NCBI GenBank assembly: GCA_037441675.1
Contig: JBBIRS010000004.1
Location: 94,617-158,616 of the forward strand
DNA length: 64,000 nucleotides
From: Planctomycetales bacterium
GTDB taxonomy: Bacteria; 4484-113
Direction: 5' to 3'
The stretch's first letter is position 1. Every line of letters begins with the position of its first letter. The notes under the pieces were generated by a model. The model did no database searches and was not told the DNA's origin. It worked only from the letters and a program-made list of their open reading frames with translations. The position numbers were made by a program, and so were the translations under genes. Positions 39,100 through 49,428 of the stretch are shown here, one piece after another.

Positions 39100-40352
39100 G
39101 CTTCTCGCTCCAGAGATTCCAGGTCAAAGTCATACTGATATCTAGCAATCCCGGTATCAAATTGGCGACCGTACGAATCCGCGAACTTTTGGCGAGCCCT
39201 TGCACTTCTCTGAATTGTTATCTGAGGAAGATATGCAAGAAAATCCGCCACGTCCGCTAAGTATAATATTCTTGACAAAGCAGGAATTTGATTACCTCTT
39301 AGCCCATCAGGGTAGCCGGTTCCATCCCACTTCTCATGGTGATGCCTTACCGCTAGAGTGACCTCAGTAAACCCCGAAAGCGGTGAAAGTATCTCTGCGG
39401 AATAAACGGGATGCTTTTTTACAATCTCAAACTCTTGCTCACTAAGAGAGCCTGGCTTTTCCAAAATGGAGTTTGGTATACCCATTTTCCCTATATCATG
39501 AAAGTAGCCAGCGAGTTCTAACGTTTCTAGTTCAAGTTGGGATAGACCAATTCTCTGCCCAATTCTTCTTGCTAATCTGGATACCCTCTTTGCATGAGAG
39601 CCAGAGTCACTATGCTTTGCTTCAAGCAGAGTCATAAAAAAATTTACCATATTAGTTATGTAGTCCTGTTTGAGGGCTTTTGAGACACGTTCATCCTCCT
39701 CCAAGATGTGAAGTATTTCAAGCTCATCTTCAGATATTGTTGCATCATCAAATGCACCCTTCTCACATAGCGAAATCGCAGGCTCGACAAGGTGAGGGTT
39801 GAACTGAATTCCTGAGAGCTTTCTAAGCTCTTCCCGCCACTCGGAAGGCCTAGAAAATAGACCCTGACGCCTAATATTGTCTAGCGCATCACATAGGCTT
39901 ACGATATAGGCGGAAATGGCCACCTCATTTGCCATTAAGCCCTCCGGGTATCCCGTGCCATCCCAACGTTCATGATGCCAAAAAACAATTCTAGCCGCTT
40001 CCTCTAGAACCGGTATCTGCTCTACAATTTGTCTGCCAATCTTTGTATGAGTGCTCAGTAGCTGAAACTCGTCCTCATTGAGCTTGACCTTTCTGTGGAG
40101 TAGGCTGTCTGGGATACCAATCTCACCCACATCATGAAGAAGACCGCCAAAGTATATCTGGGCTAGTTCATAACTCTTTGTAATACCAATAGCCCTTGCT
40201 AATCGCAAACTCATAGCGCCGACGCGCTCAGAGTGGTTAACATCCTTGTTCTCCGCAAGGTTAACAACCTTGGAGACTGCGCTTGTAAGCTCTCTAAATA
40301 ACTGCACACCACTCACATCTCCATAATTCGCTTGAAAAAAAACCTCAAACAA
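39096..40352 (-). CDS. tandem (double) HD-GYP domain phosphodiesterase
   Basis: Two copies of H..RV, HD(V/I)G..G and HHE.WDGTGYP. Confidence 0.92.
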   Translation of the reverse strand: MFEVFFQANYGDVSGVQLFRELTSAVSKVVNLAENKDVNHSERVGAMSLRLARAIGITKSYELAQIYFGGLLHDVGEIGIPDSLLHRKVKLNEDEFQLLSTHTKIGRQIVEQIPVLEEAARIVFWHHERWDGTGYPEGLMANEVAISAYIVSLCDALDNIRRQGLFSRPSEWREELRKLSGIQFNPHLVEPAISLCEKGAFDDATISEDELEILHILEEDERVSKALKQDYITNMVNFFMTLLEAKHSDSGSHAKRVSRLARRIGQRIGLSQLELETLELAGYFHDIGKMGIPNSILEKPGSLSEQEFEIVKKHPVYSAEILSPLSGFTEVTLAVRHHHEKWDGTGYPDGLRGNQIPALSRILYLADVADFLAYLPQITIQRSARARQKFADSYGRQFDTGIARYQYDFDLESLEREA

Positions 40353-41979
40353 TGTCCTCTACTACCTCCTTACCAGTGAGAGGTGGGAAACAGACACGAT
40401 TTCTCCCCTCATTTTTGGCACAATATAGAGCTTTGTCCGCAGCTGCAATTAAACTCTCCTTATCAATAGCCATTTGGGGAAAAGCTGCTAATCCAACGCT
40501 AACAGTTAATGGAATTTTCTTGCCGCGATAAGTGAAATTATGTTCTTCCACGAGAGAACGAACCTTTTCGCCTACTACCCTAACTACTTCTAAATCCGCC
40601 TGGGGGATTATCACCGCAAACTCCTCACCGCCATATCGGGCGATAATCTCAGTCACCCTCAAGCCCTCCTTTAGAACTCTGCATAACTCCGCAAGAATAT
40701 GATCTCCCGCTTGATGACCAAGCGTATCATTAATCTCCTTGAAGTGGTCAAGGTCTATCAAAGCAAGCCCGATTGAGTAGTTGTAGCGCTTAGCTCGCGA
40801 CATCTCACTTTCCATAAACGCCTCAAACTGTCTCCTGTTGTATACGCCTGTTAAACTATCCGTGATTGCCATCTCTTGTAGTTTCTGCGTGAGGACGATA
40901 TTACCTATAATTTGCTTTAAGTGACCACCAAAAGTAGCAAGAAACCTATAATCATCTTCGGTAAATTCCGGAGGATTAGCGCGATTCAAGAAAATTAGTC
41001 CATAGTTTTGGTTGTCAACATATAGGTCATACGTCATATAAGAGTGTACTGCGCAAATTTGAAGTAATGGATTCTGGATTTCAAAATCAAGCAATCTTTG
41101 CGCTCTGGTTTTTGCGGGTGAGGCATGAAATTTTGGATAAAAGCTTTCTATCAGTTCCATCGTCTCTCTATCTCTTCTAGTTAAATCCCAGGTGTATCCT
41201 TCATCTAGTATTTTCTTGAATTCCCCATAAACCTTCGGATCAAAGGAATTAACGAAAGTAGTAGATAAAATCTTTTCCAGCCTGTCAGGCTTTTCACCTC
41301 TTGTCTCCTCGCCCTTGAATTTGGTAAATATCACTCGGAAAAACTGGGAGTTGAAATAAGCAACACCATCATCTGCTTCAAGAATTACCATTAGTCTTGT
41401 CAACAAATTCTCAGGTAGAGTTGTGTCAACGAGGAAATCATCTTTCGTTAAGGATGAAACGGACGCCAATAGGGATAGTTCCTGAACCTGCCTAAATACA
41501 ATGTTTTCAACAAGATGAATATACTCTTGGAACATACGTACTCTTACTTCCTCGCTCTTGAATCGTGCAAGGTATTCTTCCATTAGAAGAGATGAATTTT
41601 GCTCGGTTGTTCTTTTACGCCCGAACTCAGTCATTACGCTAAGAATGTCCTCTCCTAGGCGGAAAATTTCCTCAAACTCTAGTTGATAATGCAGACCCCG
41701 AGAACCAAGCCTTAGAAGCGTTGCCAGAAAAAAGGGAAACTCTCCCTCCATAATTGACTTAATTGCAGAGCTGATTAGGCCTCGGACAAGGCGCTTCCCT
41801 TCAGATTCGCCCACCGGCTCAACAACGTTTTCACAACGCTTATAAACTTCATTTGTTAAATCACTAATGTGAGCCTTCAGATGAAGGCAGAGATTAAGCC
41901 TCTCCTCTAATTCCGCTACTACGGATTGACGACTATTCATAACAGTATCTTTGTTGTCCGTAAAGACAACTTGCCACAC
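40345..41979 (-). CDS. diguanylate cyclase with N-terminal helical and GAF-like domains
   Basis: DSLTGVYNRR, DLDHFKEINDTLGHQAGD, RYGGEEF, SVG, ADKALY.AK..GRN; YGLIFL....PEFTEDD..FL GAF-like end. Start may be ATG 41940. Confidence 0.93.
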   Translation of the reverse strand: MWQVVFTDNKDTVMNSRQSVVAELEERLNLCLHLKAHISDLTNEVYKRCENVVEPVGESEGKRLVRGLISSAIKSIMEGEFPFFLATLLRLGSRGLHYQLEFEEIFRLGEDILSVMTEFGRKRTTEQNSSLLMEEYLARFKSEEVRVRMFQEYIHLVENIVFRQVQELSLLASVSSLTKDDFLVDTTLPENLLTRLMVILEADDGVAYFNSQFFRVIFTKFKGEETRGEKPDRLEKILSTTFVNSFDPKVYGEFKKILDEGYTWDLTRRDRETMELIESFYPKFHASPAKTRAQRLLDFEIQNPLLQICAVHSYMTYDLYVDNQNYGLIFLNRANPPEFTEDDYRFLATFGGHLKQIIGNIVLTQKLQEMAITDSLTGVYNRRQFEAFMESEMSRAKRYNYSIGLALIDLDHFKEINDTLGHQAGDHILAELCRVLKEGLRVTEIIARYGGEEFAVIIPQADLEVVRVVGEKVRSLVEEHNFTYRGKKIPLTVSVGLAAFPQMAIDKESLIAAADKALYCAKNEGRNRVCFPPLTGKEVVEDIV

Positions 41980-41985
41980 ACAAGA

Positions 41986-42828
41986 TTAAGTATTCTTCTC
42001 ACGATCATACTCGTAACCCCATCCAAACTTTGCCCTCAAGACTTCAAGAAACGTCGGCCCTCCGATCCGAGCTACTTTTAATGGCAAATCCCTTAACCTA
42101 ACCCTCAGCTCGTCCCCGACCTTCATTTGCCCCAAGATGTATCCATCCAAGGAAATATGAACCTCAGGATATTCTTCCGCTATTGTTAGCCTAACTTCTC
42201 TGTCACTTCCAATCACCATCGGCTTCGCGTAAAGAGAATGGGCGCATATCGGAGTAACAAGCAAGAGCTTCAAGCCCGGTTCAACTATGGGACCACCTGC
42301 GGATAAGGAGTATGCGGTTGAACCAGTCGCTGTCGCGACAACCACGCCATCAGCCTTGAAAGTTCCTAATATTTCCTCATTGACCCAACAAGTGATGGAA
42401 ACTAGCCTTGTAAGCTGACTTTTACCCACAACTGCGTCGTTAAGAGCCACATATCTCTCCGTTGTTCCGCTTCTAATTGAACGAACATCTAGGACATACC
42501 TTTCCTCTATGCTGTAATCCCCACTCTTAATCGCAGTTAGAACATCCGTCAGACGCTCCACTGGAAGATTGCACAAGAAACCAAGGTGACCGAACTCTAG
42601 TCCAATAATGGGAATGTTGAGCTCCGCCGCCGCAACAGCACCAGCTAAGAAAGTACCATCCCCCCCTAGAACGAGGACGAAATCCGCAACTGGATAGTGC
42701 CTATCCGACCTTGTATCCATCGTTAGAATTTCGTAGTCAATTCCCAGCCCTTCAAACTCTGGCAAAACCTTCTTATCAAGAAACTCTTTCGTTACCGCTT
42801 GGGGATGAAGCTTTAAGAGTACCCTCAT
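41986..42828 (-). CDS. nadK: NAD(+) kinase
   Basis: LGGDGTFL, GHLGFL, ALND, ADGVVVAT.TGSTAYSLSAGGP, PIC.H, DG. Confidence 0.95.
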   Translation of the reverse strand: MRVLLKLHPQAVTKEFLDKKVLPEFEGLGIDYEILTMDTRSDRHYPVADFVLVLGGDGTFLAGAVAAAELNIPIIGLEFGHLGFLCNLPVERLTDVLTAIKSGDYSIEERYVLDVRSIRSGTTERYVALNDAVVGKSQLTRLVSITCWVNEEILGTFKADGVVVATATGSTAYSLSAGGPIVEPGLKLLLVTPICAHSLYAKPMVIGSDREVRLTIAEEYPEVHISLDGYILGQMKVGDELRVRLRDLPLKVARIGGPTFLEVLRAKFGWGYEYDREKNT

Positions 42829-43024
42829 AAAAGTTATTCAATTTTATCACTTTGAAGCCTCTATTATTAAAAGGATTGTGGACAGTAATAGACCACGAAT
42901 AGATGAGGAGATTCATGAGCGCCAAAATAAAGCTTATATCTTTTAGCCACTTCACCCTAATTTGCAACTATCTTCGTTCAGCTACCATTCCTGTTATTGG
43001 ACTTAAGCATGGAAAAATATCGCA

Positions 43025-45061
43025 CTAATGCTTCCCGATACTAGAAATGATTTTCTCAACTTGGTCAAACTTTCTCCCTGGCACCCTAACTTCACCCTCC
43101 CTCTGAGTAATTTTCAAACTATCTAAGAATTCTAAGAAAGGAATTAGGAACTTTCTAGTTACACCAAGAATTGATTTAGCTTCTTGAGTAGAGATTTGTT
43201 GCGTTTCTTGCATTCTGCTTACGACTTTCAAGCTCCAATCTTGAAAATCGATACCTGTAATAAGAACTCCCTTACCAAGATGAACAAGCTTACCATTAGA
43301 GATTAACCATGAAATTATGTTTCTTGCACCAGGAAAATCAGAGCTTAGAGCCAAGAGTGTTGGATAATTTTCAACGCCACTCTGAAACCTTGCCAGTATT
43401 CTTTCTCCCACCGCTCTGAGATCAGGAGGTAGCGCGCTATCTTCACTGATCACCACGTTCCCATCCTCAAACTTTAGTCCTAGCTCTAAGATTAATTTTG
43501 AGATATGCTCCTCAGAAAGCTTCTTCAATATGCACTCATCCTGTAAAATTGTGGAAAGAGGTACCTTAGCCTTGCTTAGATTAGTCTCTCTAAACTTTAC
43601 TAAGTTGACTTTCAATCTATTAAGTTCCTCCTGAAGCTCCTTGCGAGAGAAAATAATTTCTCCATCCCGTCCGAATTCATTGTTATTAAGCTTCTCTGAT
43701 AGTAAGTCAAAAGCGAGGGAAAAATCATTAAACTGCAACAAGGAAAAGCTAGTATAAAATGTTCTGCTCACATAACCCTTGAAAACAAGCTGACTGAGTA
43801 ACGCTAAGATGGCAAGAGAAATTTCGGTAGGCGAATCTTTAGAGGCAGTTATGAGAAAAAGCCTCTTTAATTCATCAATCTTCGTTACCAGAGTTCTCTT
43901 TGTCTTTGGAGCTGGAATAGCAAGGGGAATGAGGAAACCGCCAACTATTACGCTTCTAACACTTGTTCTATATACAATAGCAGAGCAACCAATGGGAATA
44001 GGAATATCAACCTTTCCTCTGATAAATCCAAGATGAATCTGCGAGAAAAGATGAAATAATAAAATTTCATTAAACTCGCATAATCTGCTACCAAATATTA
44101 AATTGAACTTCTCTTTAGCCCTGGCAAGGGTTGTTGATAACTGCACCTCTGGTTTAAGCGCATCAGGTGGTTCAACAAGTAGAATGAAAAAGGAACTAAC
44201 AGGTTCATTAATCTGCTTAGTAAGTATCAAGTCACCCTGAGATATTTCCTCTTTTTTTACGCCAACAAGATTGAACGCAGTCCTAAAGTTGTGTCTTGCT
44301 AAACTAACCTCAACCCCACCCTGCTCAATAGATCTAACCCTTACCTTTCTAGACTTTGGGTAAAGGTAAAGTTCATCGCCAATACTAACCTCTTGTCCAC
44401 GAAGTGTGCCCGTAACAATAGCCCCACGACCTTTCGCGGTGAAAATCCTATCTACAAAGTAGTAACCCACGGAATAGGACGTGGAAGCCTCATCCGCCCT
44501 TATCGCCATTTGAAGAATTTCCTCTCTTAACTCCTGGAAACCAACCATTGTTTCCGAAGAATATTGAACTATTCTTGAATTCTCCCAATAAGTACCCTTG
44601 GTGATACTCCTAATCTGACGTTTTACATCGTCCACTCTATCCATTGAGACTTTATCAATCTTTGAGATGACAATTAAGCCAAGCCTCGTCGGAGAGTAGA
44701 GACTTGCCCGTAAATGCTCCAATGTCCCTGGCATAATTCCATCATCTGCAGAAACAACTAATATCGCTCCATCTATGCCTAGAACTCCTCTTAGCATTTT
44801 CCTAAGGAACATCTCATGACCGGGAACGTCTATGAATGATATGCGATACTTTGTCGATTCACTAATCTTTCCCAAATCAATGAGTTGCGCTCTTAACTTA
44901 GGAAATTCATTTAGTTCTGGTTCCCAAAATGCAAATCCAAGCTGAATTGTTAGCCCACGCTCCTTTTCCTCGGGAAGGTGCATAGGATTTACTCCCGTGA
45001 GCCTTTCCAAAAGGGTACTCTTCCCGTGATCGGTGTGTCCTAAAACTCCAATAACAGCCAT
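43025..45061 (-). CDS. selB: selenocysteine-specific translation elongation factor
   Basis: GHTDHGKSTL, LPEEKERGLTI.LGFA, DVPGHE, DR.F...G.G..VTGT, and C-terminal winged helix LGVTRKFLIPFLEFLD...T.R.GE.R. Confidence 0.93.
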   Translation of the reverse strand: MAVIGVLGHTDHGKSTLLERLTGVNPMHLPEEKERGLTIQLGFAFWEPELNEFPKLRAQLIDLGKISESTKYRISFIDVPGHEMFLRKMLRGVLGIDGAILVVSADDGIMPGTLEHLRASLYSPTRLGLIVISKIDKVSMDRVDDVKRQIRSITKGTYWENSRIVQYSSETMVGFQELREEILQMAIRADEASTSYSVGYYFVDRIFTAKGRGAIVTGTLRGQEVSIGDELYLYPKSRKVRVRSIEQGGVEVSLARHNFRTAFNLVGVKKEEISQGDLILTKQINEPVSSFFILLVEPPDALKPEVQLSTTLARAKEKFNLIFGSRLCEFNEILLFHLFSQIHLGFIRGKVDIPIPIGCSAIVYRTSVRSVIVGGFLIPLAIPAPKTKRTLVTKIDELKRLFLITASKDSPTEISLAILALLSQLVFKGYVSRTFYTSFSLLQFNDFSLAFDLLSEKLNNNEFGRDGEIIFSRKELQEELNRLKVNLVKFRETNLSKAKVPLSTILQDECILKKLSEEHISKLILELGLKFEDGNVVISEDSALPPDLRAVGERILARFQSGVENYPTLLALSSDFPGARNIISWLISNGKLVHLGKGVLITGIDFQDWSLKVVSRMQETQQISTQEAKSILGVTRKFLIPFLEFLDSLKITQREGEVRVPGRKFDQVEKIISSIGKH

Positions 45062-45169
45062 ATAAATTATTTTAGACTAGAGTTAAAGCCTCTCTACTTT
45101 CACTGTCTATGATTTGCCTGAAAAAAAGTAGATTTTTCACCAAGTGCCAACTGATAGAATAAAAGTGAA

Positions 45170-46407
45170 GTGAAGATAAAGTCCGATCCAGAAAGTGAAC
45201 TAGAAATTCTAATAAGGGCAAGGTATCCCATTATTTACGTGGAGAGCTATGAGGAAGCAAGAGTGGAGGAGGTGTTAAAGCGCATAGCTCAGAGGAGGGC
45301 GAAAAAGTTATACATTTAGACTTGCACTGATGGTCTGATCTTGCCTCAAGCTAAAGCGAGCGATCCCGAAACACTCACCCATTCAACCGTTGAGCCTGAT
45401 AATGTTCTTTTAAGTATTCGTCTCAGCAAAGAAAACGCAATTTACCTTCTGAAAGATTTTCATCCATATCTTGAAAACCCAAAAACTGTGAGAAAACTTA
45501 GAGATCTCGCTACTGAACTAAAGAGCAGTTATAAAACAGTGATCCTATTATCGCCAGTAAGAAAAATACCGGTAGAGCTGGAGAAAGAAGTAGCCATTTT
45601 AACATTCCCCCTTCCAGCGGATTGAGCACGTTAAAAGAATGGCTGAGGAAGCGAGGTAAAGCGTTTTCAGAGAAGGCACGCGCCTTCGGGCTTCCCGCCC
45701 CGAAGGAAGTGCTTCTTATTGGAGTGCAGGGTTCTGGCAAGAGTTTGACTGCGAAGGTGGTTAGCAGTTTCAGGCAGATCCCTCTTTTACGACTGGACAT
45801 TGGCGGTCTCTTTCGATCCGGGATTGGTATGAGCGAAGAAAACACCAGAAAAGCTCTTCGTGCTGCAGAAACTATCGCACCTTGCATCCTTTGGCTCGAC
45901 GAGATTGAAAAGGGTCTTGCTGGTTTTCAGAGTTCAAAAGTTTCTGACGCGGGAACTACCGCAAGAGTCTTCTCCACCATTGTTACTTGGCTTCAGGAAA
46001 AGGGAAAACCTGTCTTTGTCGTTGCCACAGCTAACGATATATCTCAACTGCCACCTAAGTTGTTACGAATAGGTAGATTTGACGAGATTTTCTTTGTAGA
46101 CCTTCCAACTGCGGAAGAAAGAAAGGAGATTTTTTCGATTCACATAAGAAAGATAAGAAGAAATCCAGAAAATTATAACTTGGAAAAGCTAATTGAAATG
46201 AGCGATGAATTCTCTGGGGCAGAGATTGAACAGGTTATCGTAAGTGGATTGTATGACGCATTCTACGAGAATAGAGAATTAATTCAGGAAGACCTTGAGC
46301 GCGCAATTAAAGAAACGATGCCTCTATCTCAAGCTATGCGTGAGCAAATTCAGTCCCTACGGGAGGGGGCAAAGGGTAGAGCTAGATTTGCCAGTAAATT
46401 AACGTAA
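45170..46407 (+). pseudogene. Ycf46-like AAA+ ATPase pseudogene
   Basis: GTG 45170 reads LIRARYPIIYVESYEE.R, then an in-frame TAG at 45317-45319. After FPLP (~45617) the sequence jumps frame into GLSTLKEWL, implying an internal deletion. [14 protein letters not shown] and GRFDE are retained. Confidence 0.85.
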
Positions 46408-46501
46408 AGAACTTCTATAAAGCCCACTTCTGAAAAATTTTACGATTTTTGGAAAAATTTTTCTGTTAGTAAAGTTTTCATAAAGCTAGCAGGAGTCGGA
46501 A

Positions 46502-47118
46502 ATGAAAGGCGGTTATTCTGTTTTAGTGCTAGCAATTTTAGCTTTTTACTTCTCCTTTTGTATCCCGAGATCTACCGCGCAACTCGTGGAAAGGTTTTTA
46601 GTTGGGACAAGGTTGAATACGACCCAACTAACACGGTTGAATAAAAGATAGTTTCAAGAGACACCGAAGTTACAGATGAAAGGCGCTCACTGCTTCTAAC
46701 CGTATACTTACATCCAGATGCTACTTTGGAGCAATCAAGAAACACACTCTTCAAGATTCTCCGAAAGGCAGTAACAGAAGATTCAAACTTTGACTCGGGA
46801 ATGGTTAGAGCATTTCGTTATGGCGAAGCTGTAGAAGGTGGCTTTGTGCATACAATGGGGAAAGGTGTTTGGGGGGCCGGTGGAAGATTGGTTTTTCTCC
46901 AAAGCCTGAAAAACGAGCCTTACCAACTACACTTCTTTAGCCCCTTAGCCTACAGAGAGTTACAAAAAGAAGTGGAAAGACAGACAGAAATTCGCAAAGC
47001 TGAAGCACGTAGTAGTACCCCTGACGGTGACAAATGTTACACGACTGCAAGAAGAGTCGGCAAAAACGGTGGTGGGAGAGCAAAGGACTACGGTCGGAGC
47101 TTTTACCTCAAAATTTAG
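46502..47118 (+). pseudogene. disrupted gene for a membrane-anchored hypothetical protein
   Basis: ATG 46502 with a hydrophobic N-terminus, apparent frameshift near 46545, and in-frame TAA at 46642-46644, continuing into ORF 46726-47118. Confidence 0.5.
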
Positions 47119-47174
47119 GAACATTAGTTCATGTCATCCTCTCTCTTTCACTCTAATCATACATTTTCCTATAC

Positions 47175-48356
47175 TCATATTTCCGGCGGAACTGAATAGG
47201 CGTAATCACGAAAAGAATTAGCTACGCGTATCAGGCTTTCAGGTGTTGTAGGCAATTGTTCATCTCTAAAAATATCGCCAAACAACACGTAGCGTCTAGC
47301 AAAAATCATCGGAAGAAGTGTATGTAGTTGAAAGAAACTAATTTCGCGTTCAAGAAATCTTTTAACCAATGCCTCATTTATGGCACAGAGTGCGCAAGGC
47401 TCCCACCAAGAACCGCGACCAGCTTCGTAACAAAGCTTGACCGCGGGAAACCGTTCACAATCTAGCTTGAAAAATTCAAGCTTTCCAATTTCAGTAAGTT
47501 CCGCAGAGTCAATTAATCCATCGATTCGCTCAGGTGCAGTTAGCGCATACTGAATTGGAACTGCCATATCAGTTTTAGAAAGCTGAGCAATGGTACTCCC
47601 GTCGATGAAACTAACTAGCCCATGTATAACACTTTGTGGCTGTATTATTACCTCAATCTTCTCAAGAGGAATGGAAAAGAGGTAATGCGCTTCTAAAACT
47701 TCAAGGCCCTTGTTAAAGAGAGTAGCGGAATTAATAGTTACAGTAGCTCCCATTTGCCAGGTTGGATGTTTAAGAGCTTCCTCGTGTGTTAGTGACTTTA
47801 ACTCATCAACGCTCTTATTGAAGAATGGCCCTCCAGATGCAGTAAGAATAATCTTCTCCACCGTTTTACGCTTACCTGCTAATAAACATTGATAAATAGC
47901 GGAATGTTCACTGTCAATTGGCATTACGCGAATGTTTTTTTCCGAGATAATCGGCATAAGTATAGAGCTTCCAGAAACAAAGGCTTCCTTGTTGGCAAAA
48001 AGAATTTCCTTTCCCCTGAGAACTGATTGATACATTGAAGGAAAACCTGAAATCCCATCAAGAGCACATACCACCGCATCAATTTCATCTATCTGAACCA
48101 CCGTCGTGAGAGCCTCTTCGCCCATCAGAAGCTTTATACCCAGTTTTGCAAACTCGGGCGCAAACTCAATGGCTATCTTCTCGTTAGTTAAAACGCAATA
48201 CTTTGGCTTGAACTCACTCGCCTGCTCTAGTAAAAGCTTGCCGTTACTCCTCGCGGTCATTGCTATGACCGTAAACCTTTCCCTATGCCTTCCTACAACG
48301 CGCAGAAAATTCCGACCAATGCTACCGGTAGAGCCTAATATACAAAGCCTTTTCAT
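47175..48356 (-). CDS. dxr: 1-deoxy-D-xylulose 5-phosphate reductoisomerase
   Basis: LGSTGSIG, ANKE, PIDSEHSA, LTASGGPF, HPTW.MG, SATLFNKGLE, DM..PI. Confidence 0.96.
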   Translation of the reverse strand: MKRLCILGSTGSIGRNFLRVVGRHRERFTVIAMTARSNGKLLLEQASEFKPKYCVLTNEKIAIEFAPEFAKLGIKLLMGEEALTTVVQIDEIDAVVCALDGISGFPSMYQSVLRGKEILFANKEAFVSGSSILMPIISEKNIRVMPIDSEHSAIYQCLLAGKRKTVEKIILTASGGPFFNKSVDELKSLTHEEALKHPTWQMGATVTINSATLFNKGLEVLEAHYLFSIPLEKIEVIIQPQSVIHGLVSFIDGSTIAQLSKTDMAVPIQYALTAPERIDGLIDSAELTEIGKLEFFKLDCERFPAVKLCYEAGRGSWWEPCALCAINEALVKRFLEREISFFQLHTLLPMIFARRYVLFGDIFRDEQLPTTPESLIRVANSFRDYAYSVPPEI

Positions 48357-48397
48357 ACAATTTTGAGTGGCTAATTCGTTATAGTTGATTAAGCCTC

Positions 48398-49240
48398 TCA
48401 GTAATTATAAAAACCCCTGCCACTCTTTCTGCCGAGAAGCCCCGCATGAACGTAACGCTTCAGTAGTTGTGGCGGTCGAAACTTCTCATGCCCAAGCTCA
48501 GTGTAAATACTCTCGCAAGCGTGGAGGAAAACATCCAACCCAACCAGATCCATTAGCCTAAATGGCCCCATAGGCCATCCTGCACCAAGTTTCATAGCCT
48601 CATCTACTTCCTGGACATTCGCTATTCCCTCTTCCACAACTTTCATCGCTTCTACCGCCATCGCCACAAGAACACGATTGACTACAAAGCCCGGTGTTTC
48701 CTTGACTAGGATGGGTGTTTTATCAAGCCTAGTCACAAATTCTTGGCAGGTTTTAACCACCTCTTCGCTCGTTAGTAATGCAGGCGCAATCTCCACAAGT
48801 TTCATTTGACTGGGTGGATTGAAGAAATGCAGTCCAATAAAGTTCTCCTGCCTCCCAAATGCTCTGGCAAGTCGTGTTAGGCTTAGACTGCTCGTATTTG
48901 TTGCAACAATGGCATCATCCTTTATCTCTTTTCCCAAGCGGGAGAAAAATTCTTCCTTCACACTGTAACTCTCAAGAATTGCCTCAATCACAATATCGGA
49001 ATCTAATATGACAGATAAATCAATAGCAACATTGATCCTATCTAAGATGCACTTTCTTTCCTCATCATCAATATCCTTCCGCAACAACCTCAAGAGCTTT
49101 TCCATTTTTCTCTTACCTTCTTCAATTGCTGGCTCATACACCTCATAAACGCCGACCTTAAAACCACTCAAAGCGCAGATAAGTGCAATTTCTCTACCCA
49201 TAGTTCCAAAGCCAGCTATGCCAACCTTTTCGATATTCAT
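48398..49240 (-). CDS. hbd: 3-hydroxybutyryl-CoA / 3-hydroxyacyl-CoA dehydrogenase
   Basis: GFGTMG, IEAILE, TNTSS, GLHFFNP, PGFVVNR, PMGPF.L.DLVGLD, GRKSGRGFY. Confidence 0.88.
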   Translation of the reverse strand: MNIEKVGIAGFGTMGREIALICALSGFKVGVYEVYEPAIEEGKRKMEKLLRLLRKDIDDEERKCILDRINVAIDLSVILDSDIVIEAILESYSVKEEFFSRLGKEIKDDAIVATNTSSLSLTRLARAFGRQENFIGLHFFNPPSQMKLVEIAPALLTSEEVVKTCQEFVTRLDKTPILVKETPGFVVNRVLVAMAVEAMKVVEEGIANVQEVDEAMKLGAGWPMGPFRLMDLVGLDVFLHACESIYTELGHEKFRPPQLLKRYVHAGLLGRKSGRGFYNY

Positions 49241-49411
49241 TCTTTGACCTCCTTGAAAATGTAAAGGTTAAACATACGCCTTATGACGCCAAAAATCAAC
49301 TCATTTGATTTTATGATGACAAAATACCAATGCTAAAAGGGTATAAGCTTAAAATTGCGGTAAATTAATATTTAGAATTAAATAATTCAATGAAAAAGTA
49401 TTGGAAACTAA

Positions 49412-49420
49412 TGTTATAAT
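49412..49420 (+). promoter_or_regulatory. extended -10 promoter element (TGTTATAAT)
   Basis: Perfect match 8 nt before GTG 49429. Confidence 0.65.
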
Positions 49421-49428
49421 CCAAATAG

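Noticed and set aside
45317..45319. TAG recoding (pyrrolysine or alternative code) at in-frame TAGs here and at 1925-1927
   Set aside because: TAG ends full-length kdsB, trxB and selB normally, and the AAA gene has an independent deletion, so it is a pseudogene.
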